Assembly (NCBI GenBank): GCA_045690005.1
Contig: CP145881.1
Coordinates: 495,036 to 559,035 of the forward strand
Length of the DNA stretch: 64,000 nucleotides
Direction: 5' to 3'
From: Candidatus Dasytiphilus stammeri
GTDB lineage: Bacteria; Pseudomonadota; Gammaproteobacteria; Enterobacterales; Enterobacteriaceae
The translations under genes were made by a program, and so were the position numbers. Positions 21,604 to 32,488 of this stretch are shown one piece after another. The notes beneath the pieces are model-generated. The model had not been told where the DNA came from, searched no databases, and saw only the letters and a program-made list of their open reading frames with translations. How positions within the stretch are numbered: position 1 is the stretch's first letter; each line of letters opens with the position of its first letter.

Positions 21604-23217
21604 ATGGCATTATTGCAAATTAGTGAACCTAGAAATCTTCTTAAAGTAAGAGCTAATAGCAAAAAAGATAAAGTATTAGCTGCAGGTATTGATTTGGGAA
21701 CTACATATTCTTTGATAGCAACGGTACGAAATGGTAATGCTGAAATCATCCCCGACTTACAAAATCGCTATCTATTACCTTCTGTAGTACATTATCAATG
21801 TAGAGGAAAAAAGGTAGGTTGGGAAGCCCTTGAACAGGCATCAGTTGATCCGATTAATACTATTATTTCGGTAAAAAGAATCATAGGTTGTTCACTTAAT
21901 GAGATAAATAAACGTTATCCTAATTTGCCTTACCATTTTATAACTAGTGATAATGGTTCTCCACTAATTGCAACATCTGCAGGTATTATTACTCCAGTAA
22001 AAGTTTCCAGTGATATTTTGACAGAACTAGTTGAAAGAGCTAAAAAAACATTAAACGAAATTTTTTCAGACGTTGTTATTACTATCCCAGCTTATTTTAA
22101 TAATGACCAACGTCAAGCAACTAAAGATGCTGCAGAGTTAGCAGGCTTGCATGTTTTAAGATTACTTAATGAACCTACAGCGGCTGCGATTGCTTATGGA
22201 TTACAAGCAAAAGTAGAAGAAATCATTGCAGTTTATGATTTAGGTGGGGGTACTTTTGATATTTCACTTCTTAAATTAAATAAAGGTGTCTTTGAAGTTT
22301 TAGCCACAGGAGGTCTTTCTAACCTTGGAGGAGATGATTTTGACCAACTATTAGTGAATTTATTTTATAAAAAAATAGGTTTAAAGAATTGTGAGGATCA
22401 AATTTTACAACGTAAAATTTTAGAAGCGGCTATTGAAGCAAAAATAATCTTAAGCCATAAAACACAGACTTTAGTTAAAATTAAAAACTGTAAATTTATA
22501 GTGACTCGTAAAGAATTTGAGATATTAATTACTCCTTACATAGAACAGACCCTATTTATATGTCGTCGCACTTTAAAAGATGCTAATTTGAGGCACCAAG
22601 ATATCTCAAAAATAATTATGGTTGGAGGTTCTACTAAATTACCTACTATACGTGATAAAGTCGCCGAATTTTTTGATCAAACCCCTTTAACATATCTTGA
22701 TCCTGAAAAAATTGTAGCACTAGGAGCGGCTATTCAGGCTAATATACTTTTAGGTAATAATCCATATGATGTATTGTTATTAGATGTTATTCCATTGTCA
22801 TTAGGTATAGAAACATTAGGTGGTTTTGTAGAAAAAATTATACAAAGGAATAGCACTATTCCTATTATTAAAAATCAAGAATTTACTACTTTTAAAGATG
22901 GACAAACTACTATGATGATTCATATTTTACAAGGAGAACAAGAAAAAGTTGCTCATTGTCGCTCAATAGCTCGGTTTACTTTAAGTGGAATACCTGAGTT
23001 GCCAGCAGGAAAAGCTCGCATTAACGTCATTTTTCAGTTAGATGCCGATGGATTGCTAAGTGTTACTGCTATAGAAAAAATTACTGGAACTTCGGCTTCT
23101 GTTAAGGTTCATCCTACTTATGGTTTAAGTCAAAACGAACTTATCAGCATGATTAATAAAGATTTACATCTTAGAAAAAATGTTTCTATAATGGATTTGC
23201 CATCCGTTAAGACATAA
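21604..23217 (+). CDS. hscA: Fe-S chaperone HscA (Hsp70 family), C-terminally about 80 aa shorter than E. coli HscA
   Basis: 537 aa, MALLQISEP...AAGIDLGTTYS...VLRLLNEPTAAAIAYGL...DLGGGTFDIS. Collinear with E. coli HscA (616 aa) to about residue 520, then stops. Confidence 0.93.
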   Translation: MALLQISEPRNLLKVRANSKKDKVLAAGIDLGTTYSLIATVRNGNAEIIPDLQNRYLLPSVVHYQCRGKKVGWEALEQASVDPINTIISVKRIIGCSLNEINKRYPNLPYHFITSDNGSPLIATSAGIITPVKVSSDILTELVERAKKTLNEIFSDVVITIPAYFNNDQRQATKDAAELAGLHVLRLLNEPTAAAIAYGLQAKVEEIIAVYDLGGGTFDISLLKLNKGVFEVLATGGLSNLGGDDFDQLLVNLFYKKIGLKNCEDQILQRKILEAAIEAKIILSHKTQTLVKIKNCKFIVTRKEFEILITPYIEQTLFICRRTLKDANLRHQDISKIIMVGGSTKLPTIRDKVAEFFDQTPLTYLDPEKIVALGAAIQANILLGNNPYDVLLLDVIPLSLGIETLGGFVEKIIQRNSTIPIIKNQEFTTFKDGQTTMMIHILQGEQEKVAHCRSIARFTLSGIPELPAGKARINVIFQLDADGLLSVTAIEKITGTSASVKVHPTYGLSQNELISMINKDLHLRKNVSIMDLPSVKT

Positions 23218-23266
23218 AATTAAGGGAATTTAAATTCCATTCTAATATATATGCGAGATTATATCG

Positions 23267-23593
23267 ATGCCCAAAATTCTTTTTTTACCACATCACATAT
23301 TAATTCCAGATGGAAGAACAGTTGATGCTAAAAGAGGAGAAACTATTTTAGATGTAGCGTTACGTAATGGTATTAAAATAGAGCATGCATGTGAAAAATC
23401 TTGTGCATGTGCCACATGTCATTGTGTAGTACAGGCAGGTTTTAACTCTTTATCACCTATGATGGAAAATGAAGAAGATATGCTAGATAAAGCTTGGGGA
23501 GTAAAACCTCAAAGTAGGTTAAGTTGCCAAGCATATATCAATAGTGAAGATTTAGTAGTAGAAATACCTAGGTATACAATAAATATTATTTAA
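23267..23593 (+). CDS. fdx: [2Fe-2S] ferredoxin of the isc operon
   Basis: 108 aa, [10 protein letters not shown]...[30 protein letters not shown]...RLSCQA...[11 protein letters not shown], about 70% identical by eye to E. coli Fdx. Confidence 0.96.
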   Translation: MPKILFLPHHILIPDGRTVDAKRGETILDVALRNGIKIEHACEKSCACATCHCVVQAGFNSLSPMMENEEDMLDKAWGVKPQSRLSCQAYINSEDLVVEIPRYTINII

Positions 23594-23600
23594 TATGCGT

Positions 23601-23635
23601 CAATAACATTAAAATCATTGCTTTTAATGTTATTG
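23601..23635 (+). terminator. Hairpin just after fdx (possible isc operon terminator)
   Basis: 14-bp perfect stem caataacattaaaa / ttttaatgttattg with a 7-nt loop. AT-only stem and no clear U-tract, so the function is uncertain. Confidence 0.35.
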
Positions 23636-23660
23636 AAGTGTTCATATTTAAGAGTATCTT

Positions 23661-24095
23661 ATGACAATAGAACGTACCCTTGCGATTATCAAACCTAATG
23701 CGGTAGCTAAAAATATTATTGGTACTATATATTCAAGACTTGAAAATAACGAATTTAAGATTATCGCCGCTAAAATGCAACATTTATCTAGAAAACAAGC
23801 AGAGGAATTTTATGTACAACATAAAGATAAACCTTTTTTTGATAAATTAATAGCTTTTATGATTTCCGGACCTATTATGCTTTCTGTGTTACAAAGAGAT
23901 AATGCAGTTCAATTTCTTAGAGATTTAATGGGAGCAACTAATCCGATAAATGCGATACCAGGTACTTTACGGGCGGATTATGCAGATAATATTACCGCTA
24001 ATGCTATCCATGGTTCAGATTCTAGAGAGTCGGCTAACCTAGAAATTAACTATTTTTTTATAGAAGAAGAAATTTGCAATAATCGTAAATTTTAA
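23661..24095 (+). CDS. ndk: nucleoside diphosphate kinase
   Basis: 144 aa, [20 protein letters not shown]...F.I...KM..LS...AE.FY..H...PFF..L..FM.SGPI...V....NA......[17 protein letters not shown]......NA.HGSDS. Confidence 0.95.
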   Translation: MTIERTLAIIKPNAVAKNIIGTIYSRLENNEFKIIAAKMQHLSRKQAEEFYVQHKDKPFFDKLIAFMISGPIMLSVLQRDNAVQFLRDLMGATNPINAIPGTLRADYADNITANAIHGSDSRESANLEINYFFIEEEICNNRKF

Positions 24096-24119
24096 TCATT
24101 ATTAAATTCATAATAAAAT

Positions 24120-25226
24120 ATGGGTGCAAAATTTATTTCGTTATCATCTCCATTTTTATTTTCGGATAAAGATCCGAGAATCAATTTACTGGATTTAAAT
24201 CGTAAAAAAATGCATAAATTTTTCATTTCTATTGGAGAAACAAGTTATCGAGCAGATCAAGTAATGAAATGGATTTATCATTATTATTATAATGATTTTA
24301 ATTTAATGACAAACCTTAATAAAAAATTACGTAGGAAACTTATATCTTGCGCCAAAATTCAAGCTCCTAAAATTACGGAAGAATATAGATCTAATGATGG
24401 TACAATTAAATGGATTATTATGATTAAAACTCAAAGAGTAGAGATGGTTTATCTACCTCATGGTAATAAACATGCTACTCTTTGTATTTCATCCCAGGTA
24501 GGATGTGCGTTGAAATGTCAATTTTGTTTCACCGCCCAACAGGGATTTAATCGTAATTTATGTGTTTCAGAAATTATTGGCCAAGTATGGATTGCTAATA
24601 AAACTCTTCTTAGTCTAGGTAGAGATCTAATTAATAATGTAGTCATGATGGGAATGGGAGAACCCCTTCTTAATTTGTCTAATTTATTACCAGCTGTAGA
24701 AATCATGCTAGACAAGTTTGGATTAGCTCTATCTAAAAGACATATTACTATATCAACATCTGGTATAGTTCCAGCAATCGATAAACTAAAGAATAAAATT
24801 GATGTAGCATTAGCTATTTCATTACACGCACCTAACGATAAATTACGAAGTTCTATTATGCCAATTAATAATAAATATAATATTACTAACCTTTTAGCGG
24901 CAGTGCGACGTTATTTAGGTACGTCTAAGGCTAATCATGGTTTAGTTACTATTGAGTATGTTATGATAGATCATGTGAATGATTACCTAGAACATGCTTA
25001 TGAGTTGGTAGATCTTCTTAAAAAAATACCATGTAAAATTAATTTAATTCCCTGGAATCCATATCCTAATGCACCTTATAGATGTAGTTCAAGAATTAGA
25101 ATTAAACGGTTTTATAATGTAATGGTCTCCTCTGGCTTTATTACTATAATCCGCAAAATTCGCGGAGATGATATTAATGCTGCTTGTGGACAATTATCTG
25201 GTACAGTCATTAATCGTATTAAATAG
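24120..25226 (+). CDS. rlmN: 23S rRNA/tRNA A2503/A37 C2-methyltransferase RlmN (radical SAM)
   Basis: 368 aa, [13 protein letters not shown]...[15 protein letters not shown]...[38 protein letters not shown]. Confidence 0.94.
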   Translation: MGAKFISLSSPFLFSDKDPRINLLDLNRKKMHKFFISIGETSYRADQVMKWIYHYYYNDFNLMTNLNKKLRRKLISCAKIQAPKITEEYRSNDGTIKWIIMIKTQRVEMVYLPHGNKHATLCISSQVGCALKCQFCFTAQQGFNRNLCVSEIIGQVWIANKTLLSLGRDLINNVVMMGMGEPLLNLSNLLPAVEIMLDKFGLALSKRHITISTSGIVPAIDKLKNKIDVALAISLHAPNDKLRSSIMPINNKYNITNLLAAVRRYLGTSKANHGLVTIEYVMIDHVNDYLEHAYELVDLLKKIPCKINLIPWNPYPNAPYRCSSRIRIKRFYNVMVSSGFITIIRKIRGDDINAACGQLSGTVINRIK

Positions 25227-25360
25227 ACTACTAAATTCCACAGTTAATAACTTTCAGATTTACTGTCAGTTCAAATCTATAGATATTAATAATAATTAAC
25301 GATTTTTATGAAATTGGTAACTTTATTACAGACCGTAATCAAAATCTGGGAGAATAAAAG

Positions 25361-26461
25361 ATGTATACTAATACAATAACAAGACGTAAATCAAAAATGA
25401 TTCACGTTGGAAATGTTCCCATAGGAGGTGAATCTCCAATTTCTGTACAATCTATGACCAATACTATTACTACTAATATTGAGGAAACGGTTAAACAGAT
25501 CAAAGCATTAGAACAGGTTGGAGCAGATATTGTTAGAATCTCTATTCCTACCATGGATGCAGTAGAAGCATTTAAAAAAATTAAACCTCAAGTCAAAGTT
25601 CCCTTGGTTGCCGATATTCATTTTGATTATCGTCTGGCATTAAAAGTTGTGGAATATGGTGTTGACTGTTTGCGCATTAATCCAGGTAATATTGGTAATG
25701 AAAGGCGTATACGTCAAATTATTAACTGTGCTCAGGATCATAATATTCCAATTAGAATTGGAATTAATGCAGGTTCTTTAGAAAAAGATTTAAAAAATAA
25801 ATATGGCACACCTACTCCACAAGTTTTACTAGAATCAGCATTACGTCAAGTCGATTATTTTTATAAAATGAATTTTGAACAGTTTAAAGTCAGTATAAAA
25901 GCTTCAGATGTATTTTTAGCTGTAGAGTCATATCGGCTTTTAGCAAAACAAATCGAACAGCCATTACATTTAGGAATTACTGAAGCAGGAAGTGCTCGTG
26001 CTGGAGCAATTAAATCTGCTATTGGATTAGGTATAATGCTATCTGAAGGTATTGGTGATACCTTAAGAGTTTCTTTAGCTGCAGATCCAGTAGAAGAGGT
26101 TAAGGTAGGATTTGATATTCTAAAATCTTTACGTATTCGTTCACGAGGGATTAATTTTATTGCCTGTCCAACTTGTTCACGGCAAGAATTTGATGTGATT
26201 CAAACCATAAATATCTTAGAAAATCGCTTAGATGATATTCTTACTCCTATGGATATTTCTATTATTGGTTGTGTAGTCAATGGACCAGGAGAAGCTTTAA
26301 TGTCAAATATTGGTGTTGCCGGAAATAAAAATAAAAGTGGATTATATGAAGATGGCATAAGAATCAAGAAATTAGATAATGGTAAACTAGTTGAGCAACT
26401 AGAAAATATCATACGTGCTAAAGCGGCATTATTAGATAAAATTCAAGATATTGATTCTTAG
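25361..26461 (+). CDS. ispG: 4-hydroxy-3-methylbut-2-enyl diphosphate synthase
   Basis: 366 aa, [28 protein letters not shown]...[16 protein letters not shown]...[12 protein letters not shown]. Confidence 0.95.
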   Translation: MYTNTITRRKSKMIHVGNVPIGGESPISVQSMTNTITTNIEETVKQIKALEQVGADIVRISIPTMDAVEAFKKIKPQVKVPLVADIHFDYRLALKVVEYGVDCLRINPGNIGNERRIRQIINCAQDHNIPIRIGINAGSLEKDLKNKYGTPTPQVLLESALRQVDYFYKMNFEQFKVSIKASDVFLAVESYRLLAKQIEQPLHLGITEAGSARAGAIKSAIGLGIMLSEGIGDTLRVSLAADPVEEVKVGFDILKSLRIRSRGINFIACPTCSRQEFDVIQTINILENRLDDILTPMDISIIGCVVNGPGEALMSNIGVAGNKNKSGLYEDGIRIKKLDNGKLVEQLENIIRAKAALLDKIQDIDS

Positions 26462-26546
26462 AAGCTTAAATAATTAAAATAATCATAATTGACTTATTAG
26501 TCATAACTTGATGAGTGGCTTAAAATTTATCAATGGAAAGTTGATT

Positions 26547-27821
26547 GTGAATCGGATTCAGTCAGTGCGTGGAATGCATGATTATCTTCCAGCAGAAGCT
26601 TTAATTTTTAATAAAATTGAAAAAATACTTGTACAGGTACTTAAGAGTTATGGATATCGTGAAATTATCCTACCTATTGTAGAACGTACCTCATTATTTA
26701 AACGTGCTATAGGTGAAATAACGGATGTAGTAGAAAAAGAAATGTACATGTTTAATGATCGTAATGGTGAAAGTTTAACTCTTCGACCAGAAGGAACTGC
26801 TTGTTGTGTTCGTGCGGGTATTCAACATGGATTACTATATCGGAATGAACAACGTTGGTGGTATTCTGGACCTATGTTTCGATATGAGCGCCCGCAAAAA
26901 GGCCGTTATCGTCAGTTTCATCAGTTAGGTGTAGAAGTTTTTGGATTATCTGGACCAAATATTGATACGGAACTAATTATGCTAACAGCTAGATGGTGGC
27001 GGGCCTTAGAAATTCTTGATTATGTTTCTCTTGAAATTAATAGTTTAGGTTCTATGGATGCTCGAACTCGTTACCGCGCGGCTTTATTTTCATTTTTTAA
27101 AAAGAGATTAAATTTTTTAGATGAAGATAGTAAAAAACGTCTCTATACTAATCCACTGCGAATTCTAGATAGTAAAAATTCTACTGTTAGAATGATGTTA
27201 AATGAAGCACCCTTACTAAGTGATTATCTTGATAAAGAATCGCAAGAACATTTCATTAACTTATGTTGTTTATTAGATAAAAATAGAATTAAATATACTA
27301 TTAATCCATTTTTAGTTCGTGGTCTCGATTATTATAATCGAACGGTTTTTGAATGGGTAAATTATAGTGTAAGTTCACAAGGAACTTTATGTGCTGGTGG
27401 TCGTTATGATAATCTAGTCCACCAGATGGGTGGAAAAACTACTCCAGCAATAGGATTAGCACTGGGTATGGAAAGATTAGTGATGCTCGTTAATTCTGTT
27501 AATACAACTTTTAAATCATTTGAACCCATCGATGTTTATATAATCGCTTCTAGTACTTCTGTAGAAGCAGAAGTACTAATTTTAGCTGAAAAATTGCGGA
27601 ATTGTTTTCCAAAAATTCAAGTTCTGACAAATTATAGCGGTGGTAAATTGAAAAAACAGTTTGCAGATGCAAATAAATTAGGAGCTCGTATCGTATTAGT
27701 ATTAGGTGAAAATAAAATATTAAGTAATATAATCACGATAAAAGATTTACATACTGGAGAACAACAAATCCTTGAATATGATCAATTAATAAAATTTCTT
27801 CAATCCATTTTAGGAAATTAG
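26547..27821 (+). CDS. hisS: histidine--tRNA ligase
   Basis: ORF 26508..27821. GTG 26547 (GGAAAG 6 nt upstream) gives 424 aa, the length of E. coli HisS ((M)[14 protein letters not shown] vs MAKNIQAIRGMNDYLP). ATG 26511 and TTG 26508 are alternative starts. Confidence 0.9.
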   Translation: MNRIQSVRGMHDYLPAEALIFNKIEKILVQVLKSYGYREIILPIVERTSLFKRAIGEITDVVEKEMYMFNDRNGESLTLRPEGTACCVRAGIQHGLLYRNEQRWWYSGPMFRYERPQKGRYRQFHQLGVEVFGLSGPNIDTELIMLTARWWRALEILDYVSLEINSLGSMDARTRYRAALFSFFKKRLNFLDEDSKKRLYTNPLRILDSKNSTVRMMLNEAPLLSDYLDKESQEHFINLCCLLDKNRIKYTINPFLVRGLDYYNRTVFEWVNYSVSSQGTLCAGGRYDNLVHQMGGKTTPAIGLALGMERLVMLVNSVNTTFKSFEPIDVYIIASSTSVEAEVLILAEKLRNCFPKIQVLTNYSGGKLKKQFADANKLGARIVLVLGENKILSNIITIKDLHTGEQQILEYDQLIKFLQSILGN

Positions 27822-27822
27822 T

Positions 27823-28446
27823 GTGAAATATGATAACCGTGATCAAGAATCTATTCGTATTATACGAACTTTTTTAAATATCAATAGTCAGTTATTATTG
27901 TTTTTTGCTCTGGTAATTTTAGTAATAGGGTTATTGTTTTGTGGACGATATTGGTACACATATAAACTTAATAAAGTAAGGAAAATTTCTGCTATATATT
28001 TGAAAAATATAAAAAATTTTAATCTTAACCAGCATAATGTAATTAAGAGTACTGAAGTATTTATTAGTAATAATAATATTTACGGTATATTAACTACCTT
28101 AAATCAAGTAAAAAATTTGGTATTAAATAATCAACTAGATCAAGCAGCGTTACAATTACAAAATAGCTTAAGACATATTAAGGATGATAACCTATATGCA
28201 ATCTTCAGCATACGTCTAGCACGTATACAATTACAGCAAACCAAAATTCTGGAAGCTTTGCATACCCTTGATAATATTAAAGGCGATCAGTGGAATTCAA
28301 TAATTGCCGAGATCAGGGGTGATGCCTTTTTAAGCAAAGGAGCTATTAAAAAAGCTAATAAAGAATGGCACAACTGTATGAATTTTAGTATGTCACCTCT
28401 TATTAAAGATATCGTACAAATGAAAATAGATAATTTAATTAAATAA
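27823..28446 (+). CDS. yfgM: YfgM-family inner-membrane anchored TPR-like protein
   Basis: 207 aa from GTG 27823, 1 nt after the hisS stop. ...LRLARIQLQQ.K...AL.TLD.IKG..W..I.AEIRGDAFLSKG...A...W...........L....QMKIDNL aligns with E. coli YfgM. Same hisS-yfgM-(bamB)-der position. Confidence 0.85.
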   Translation: MKYDNRDQESIRIIRTFLNINSQLLLFFALVILVIGLLFCGRYWYTYKLNKVRKISAIYLKNIKNFNLNQHNVIKSTEVFISNNNIYGILTTLNQVKNLVLNNQLDQAALQLQNSLRHIKDDNLYAIFSIRLARIQLQQTKILEALHTLDNIKGDQWNSIIAEIRGDAFLSKGAIKKANKEWHNCMNFSMSPLIKDIVQMKIDNLIK

Positions 28447-28452
28447 AATCAT

Positions 28453-28485
28453 GCCTTAGCTTAGTAGTATACTAAGGCGTCTTTT
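28453..28485 (+). terminator. Rho-independent terminator candidate after yfgM
   Basis: gccttag...ctaaggc 7-bp stem (an alternative register cttagta/tactaag exists), followed by gtcttttg. Confidence 0.45.
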
Positions 28486-28507
28486 GATAAGGTGTAAAAT
28501 ATAAAAT

Positions 28508-29911
28508 ATGATACCTTTAATTGCGGTAGTAGGACGTCCAAATGTGGGGAAATCTACCTTATTCAATAGATTAACAAATACACATGACGCATTGGTGTCA
28601 GATACTCCTGGAATGACGCGTGATCGTAAATATGGCTATATTGAAATTAATGGACATCAATTTATTATAATTGATACAGGTGGTCTTGAAGAAGATGAAA
28701 ACGGTCTTAATAAAGAAATTTTTTCACAGTTTATACAAGCGATTAATGAATCAGAGCTAATATTATTGATAGTTGATGCGCAAGTTGGATTAATGCCAGG
28801 TGATATTAATATAATGAATATTCTTCGTTGTTATAAAAAAACCGTTTTTATAATAGTTAATAAAAGTGAAGGTAATACTTCAGTTTCAGAATTTTATTCT
28901 TTAGGGCAGAAGAAACTTTATTTGATTACGGCATTACAAGGAAATGGTATCAAAAAATTATTAGCACACATAGTAACTTGGTGGATAGATCGTACATGTC
29001 TTACAGCTATAAATGAATCAAATCTTGCTAATTTATTTTTATTTGAAAAATTTAAAGACACTACAGTGACAAATAATGGTTCTCTTCAAGTATTACCTAT
29101 TAAAATTGCTATTATTGGACGTCCAAATGTAGGGAAATCTACTTTAATTAATTCTATTCTTGGAAAAGAACAAGTAATAGTTTTTAATATTCCCGGAACT
29201 ACGCGTGATAGTGTATATATTCCGGTTTTACATGATGGGTCTAAATATGTATTAATTGATACAGCTGGTGTACGTAAACGTGTAAAGCGATTTGAAAAAT
29301 TTGAAAAATTATCAGTAAAAAAAACTATTCAAGCTATTAAAGAAGCCAATGTTATAATAATTGTTATCGATGCAGTTGAAGGAATTCTAGATCAAGATCT
29401 TTCTTTATTATCATTAATTATTAATGAAGGTCACTCTTTAGTTATTGTTGTAAATAAATGGGATGCTTTAGTTCCTGAAATGAAAAAAAAATTTAAAATA
29501 AATCTGGAATTTCGTTTGAAATTTATTCAATTTGTAAGAATACACTTCATTTCAGCATTAAAGAAAACGGGAATGAGGGATTTATTTAATTCAGTTAAAG
29601 AAGCTTACTATTCATCAATGAAACGAGTTAGTACGGCAATACTAACTCGTATTATGCGAATGGCAATTATAGATCATCATCCACCATTATATATAAAATT
29701 AAAATATGCTCATTCTGGTGGAATTAATCCTCCAATCATTGTGGTTCATGGTAATAAAGTAAAAGAATTACCACAATTTTATAGAAATTACCTAATTAAT
29801 TATTTCAGACGTTCATTATCTATTATAGGAACTCCAATTATTCTTTCTTTAAAAGAAGGTTCGAATCCTTTTAAAAAAAACAATCAAAATAAATACAAAA
29901 AGTATCATTAA
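28508..29911 (+). CDS. der: ribosome-associated GTPase Der (EngA), two GTPase domains
   Basis: 467 aa, MIPLIAVVGRPNVGKSTLFNRLT...DTGG, with a second P-loop IAIIGRPNVGKSTLINSILG...DTAG. Confidence 0.95.
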   Translation: MIPLIAVVGRPNVGKSTLFNRLTNTHDALVSDTPGMTRDRKYGYIEINGHQFIIIDTGGLEEDENGLNKEIFSQFIQAINESELILLIVDAQVGLMPGDINIMNILRCYKKTVFIIVNKSEGNTSVSEFYSLGQKKLYLITALQGNGIKKLLAHIVTWWIDRTCLTAINESNLANLFLFEKFKDTTVTNNGSLQVLPIKIAIIGRPNVGKSTLINSILGKEQVIVFNIPGTTRDSVYIPVLHDGSKYVLIDTAGVRKRVKRFEKFEKLSVKKTIQAIKEANVIIIVIDAVEGILDQDLSLLSLIINEGHSLVIVVNKWDALVPEMKKKFKINLEFRLKFIQFVRIHFISALKKTGMRDLFNSVKEAYYSSMKRVSTAILTRIMRMAIIDHHPPLYIKLKYAHSGGINPPIIVVHGNKVKELPQFYRNYLINYFRRSLSIIGTPIILSLKEGSNPFKKNNQNKYKKYH

Positions 29912-29913
29912 TT

Positions 29914-31281
29914 TTATTTTGATTTTAAAGATTTTATATCCAATACTTTACTAATAATTTCACCATCAATGAATCTGGTTTTTAATATATTACCTAGTTG
30001 TACTTGGTTAATACTCTTAATCAGCGTGCGCTGATTAAGAGTATTATCTATTTTAGTTATACTATAACCGCGTATAAGTGTAGCTAGTGGACTAAGAGTT
30101 TCAAGTTGGGCAACATTAGAAACCAGATGTTGACGGTATTTATTAAATAATATCGAAATACTTTTGTGTATTCTATATTGCAATTGCTGAAGTTTTTTAT
30201 GCAAGCCATAAATATTTAGTTGTGGCTGAATAGCTAATAAACGTTGTTCCAATAAGGTATATTGCTGAGTAGCATTTCGTAGACGCATTTGCAAAAGATC
30301 TTCTAATTTGTAATATTTGGCAGTCAAAAGAGCTCTCTGACGCATTATGGATAATTGAGGATGATGTTGTTTGAGCTGATGAAATAAAGAGGTCAAAGAG
30401 TTATGTTGTTGTGCTAAGAAATAATCCATTGCCATTGCCAGACGTTGTTTTTGAGATTGTATTTGTCGTAATAATTCATTTTTATTACGACTTACAAGTT
30501 CAGCCGCGACTGATGGTGTGGGCGCTCGCACATCGGCAACAAAATCCGCAATAGTAACATCAGTTTCATGACCTACAGCACTTATAGTAGGAATCTGGCT
30601 GGCAAAGATAGCACGTGCTACACGTTCATCATTAAAACACCATAGATCTTCCCAAGATCCACCACCCCGGCCAATAATTAGAACATCGCACTCCTTACGT
30701 TTATTAGCTATTTCAATGGCATACTTAAGGCTTTCTGGAGCTAGTTCTCCTTGTACTATGGCAGGATAAATTATTATCGGTAATAATGGATCACGACGAT
30801 GAAGTATTCTTAATATATCATGTAGGGCTGCTCCGGTGGTTGATGTAATAATACCAACTTTTTGTGCTGGATTAGGTAATCTCTGTTTAAACTGATGATT
30901 AAATAGTCCTTCAGTAAATAATAGGTTTTTTAATTGCTCATATTGTTGTTTTAATATTCCGTCACCGGCTGGTTGTATATTTTCGGCAATAAGTTGATAA
31001 TCTCCCCTTGATTCATATAGCGTAATAGCTGCCTGTACAAGAATTTGCTGTCCGTTTTTAGGACAGAACATGGCACGCCGATTACAGTTACGAAACATTA
31101 CACAGCGCACCTGTGCAGTATTATCTTTTAGCGTAAAATACCAGTGTCCAGAAGTAGGTTGAGAAAAATTAGAAACTTCAGCGTTTAACCAAATAATTTT
31201 GAGATTTTTTTCAATAAGTTCTCTTACAGTTTTATTAAGACGACTAACGGTAAAAACGGTTTGTAAATATTTATGTGACAT
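29914..31281 (-). CDS. xseA: exodeoxyribonuclease VII large subunit
   Basis: ORF 29914..31314 begins at a TTG. ATG 31281 (MSHKYLQTVFTVSRLNKTVR...) gives 455 aa versus 456 in E. coli. SGHWYFTLKDNTAQVRCVMF and GHETDVTIADFVADVRAPTPS are conserved. Confidence 0.93.
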   Translation of the reverse strand: MSHKYLQTVFTVSRLNKTVRELIEKNLKIIWLNAEVSNFSQPTSGHWYFTLKDNTAQVRCVMFRNCNRRAMFCPKNGQQILVQAAITLYESRGDYQLIAENIQPAGDGILKQQYEQLKNLLFTEGLFNHQFKQRLPNPAQKVGIITSTTGAALHDILRILHRRDPLLPIIIYPAIVQGELAPESLKYAIEIANKRKECDVLIIGRGGGSWEDLWCFNDERVARAIFASQIPTISAVGHETDVTIADFVADVRAPTPSVAAELVSRNKNELLRQIQSQKQRLAMAMDYFLAQQHNSLTSLFHQLKQHHPQLSIMRQRALLTAKYYKLEDLLQMRLRNATQQYTLLEQRLLAIQPQLNIYGLHKKLQQLQYRIHKSISILFNKYRQHLVSNVAQLETLSPLATLIRGYSITKIDNTLNQRTLIKSINQVQLGNILKTRFIDGEIISKVLDIKSLKSK

Positions 31282-31423
31282 TAACGTAAAATTATTAATC
31301 AAATTAATTTTCAAATATTACCTATCTATCATAGATGATCAATAGTTTTTCCTAAAAAAATAGAGAGTAATTAATCTGGACTGTATAATCTCGAAAAATA
31401 TTTTAAGAAATGGAGAGATTTTA

Positions 31424-31930
31424 ATGTTACGTTTAGTTAAAGAAGCACTAATATTTGATGATGTTTTACTAATTCCTGTTTATTCGACCGTTTTACATCA
31501 TACAGCAGTTTTGAGTATTTGGTTAGATTACTTTAAACATTCCTATGTTATTTGCTGCCATGGATACAGTTACTGAATCTATTTAGCTATTAGTTTAGCA
31601 CAATAATAAAGATAATTTGGTTTTATTCATAAAAATATGTCAATTGAGCAACAGTCATAAGAAGTACGTAAGGTTAAAAAACATGAAAGTGGTATTGTCA
31701 TAAATCCACAAACGATATTACTAGAGACTAGATTATGGGAAATGTTCGTCAATATGATTGGATTGGTTTATGGCTTTACGTGCTGTAAAAACTGTTGATT
31801 TTATGACAGCCTAGTGGGCAAAGAAGTTGCCTTATGATTTCCTTGAAGGAGTTTCTAATCGTCTACTTAATGAAGTACTAGGAATTTACTGTGTAGTTTA
31901 AAACAACCTGCTACCATTGAATGATAATAG
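31424..31930 (+). pseudogene. guaB: IMP dehydrogenase relic (multiple frameshifts, in-frame stops, large internal deletion)
   Basis: MLRLVKEALIFDDVLLIPVYSTVL matches GuaB residues 1-24. LNIPMLFAAMDTVTES is in a second frame and [34 protein letters not shown] in a third, with stops. Only about 0.5 kb remains of about 1.47 kb. Position divergent from xseA as in E. coli. Confidence 0.92.
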
Positions 31931-31934
31931 TTAA

Positions 31935-32456
31935 TTAAAAGGTAATAATACTATTAAAGAGACCTACTTTTAAATCCTTTGCAGTATAAATCATCTTACT
32001 ATCAACCGTTACTTCACCATCTGCTACCCCCATAATAAGTTTTCTATTAATGACGCGTTTTAAATGGATTTTATAACTTACTTTTTTAGCTGTTGGTAAT
32101 ATCTGCCCAGTAAATTTTACTTCACCAACTCCAAGTGCACGACCTTTTCCTTTAGCTCCTACCCACCCTAGATAAAATCCCAGTAATTGCCACATTGCAT
32201 CTAAGCCTAAACAACCAGGCATTACTGGATCTCCAATAAAGTGGCAATTAAAAAACCATAAATTAGAATGTATATCCAATTCTGCTTCGACATGTCCTTT
32301 ATTATATGATCCTCCGTATTGAGATATATGAATGACACGATCTATCATCAACATATTACCGGCTGGTAAATTTGGGCCTTCATAACTAAATAATTCACCT
32401 CTTGCGGAAGCTATTAAATCATCTTTAGTATAAGATCTACGTTTATCTCCTACCAT
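31935..32456 (-). CDS. fabA: 3-hydroxydecanoyl-ACP dehydratase/isomerase
   Basis: 173 aa, about 80% identical by eye to E. coli FabA ([51 protein letters not shown]). Confidence 0.97.
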   Translation of the reverse strand: MVGDKRRSYTKDDLIASARGELFSYEGPNLPAGNMLMIDRVIHISQYGGSYNKGHVEAELDIHSNLWFFNCHFIGDPVMPGCLGLDAMWQLLGFYLGWVGAKGKGRALGVGEVKFTGQILPTAKKVSYKIHLKRVINRKLIMGVADGEVTVDSKMIYTAKDLKVGLFNSIITF

Positions 32457-32488
32457 ATTTCTTCAAGCCTACCCTACCTTAAATACTT

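Noticed and set aside
23224-23237. The 14-nt palindrome ggaatttaaattcc between hscA and fdx, and the short palindromes at 6615-6631 (nfo-rplY spacer), 7918-7933 (over the pyrD stop) and 45619-45637 (after djlA).
   Set aside because: Arms are only 7-8 bp, with loops too small for stable hairpins. Palindromes of this size are expected by chance in AT-rich spacers.
29291-29308. The tandem repeat tttgaaaaa x2.
   Set aside because: It lies in frame inside der (RFEKFEKL). It is a two-copy micro-duplication in coding sequence, not a repeat element or CRISPR-like array.
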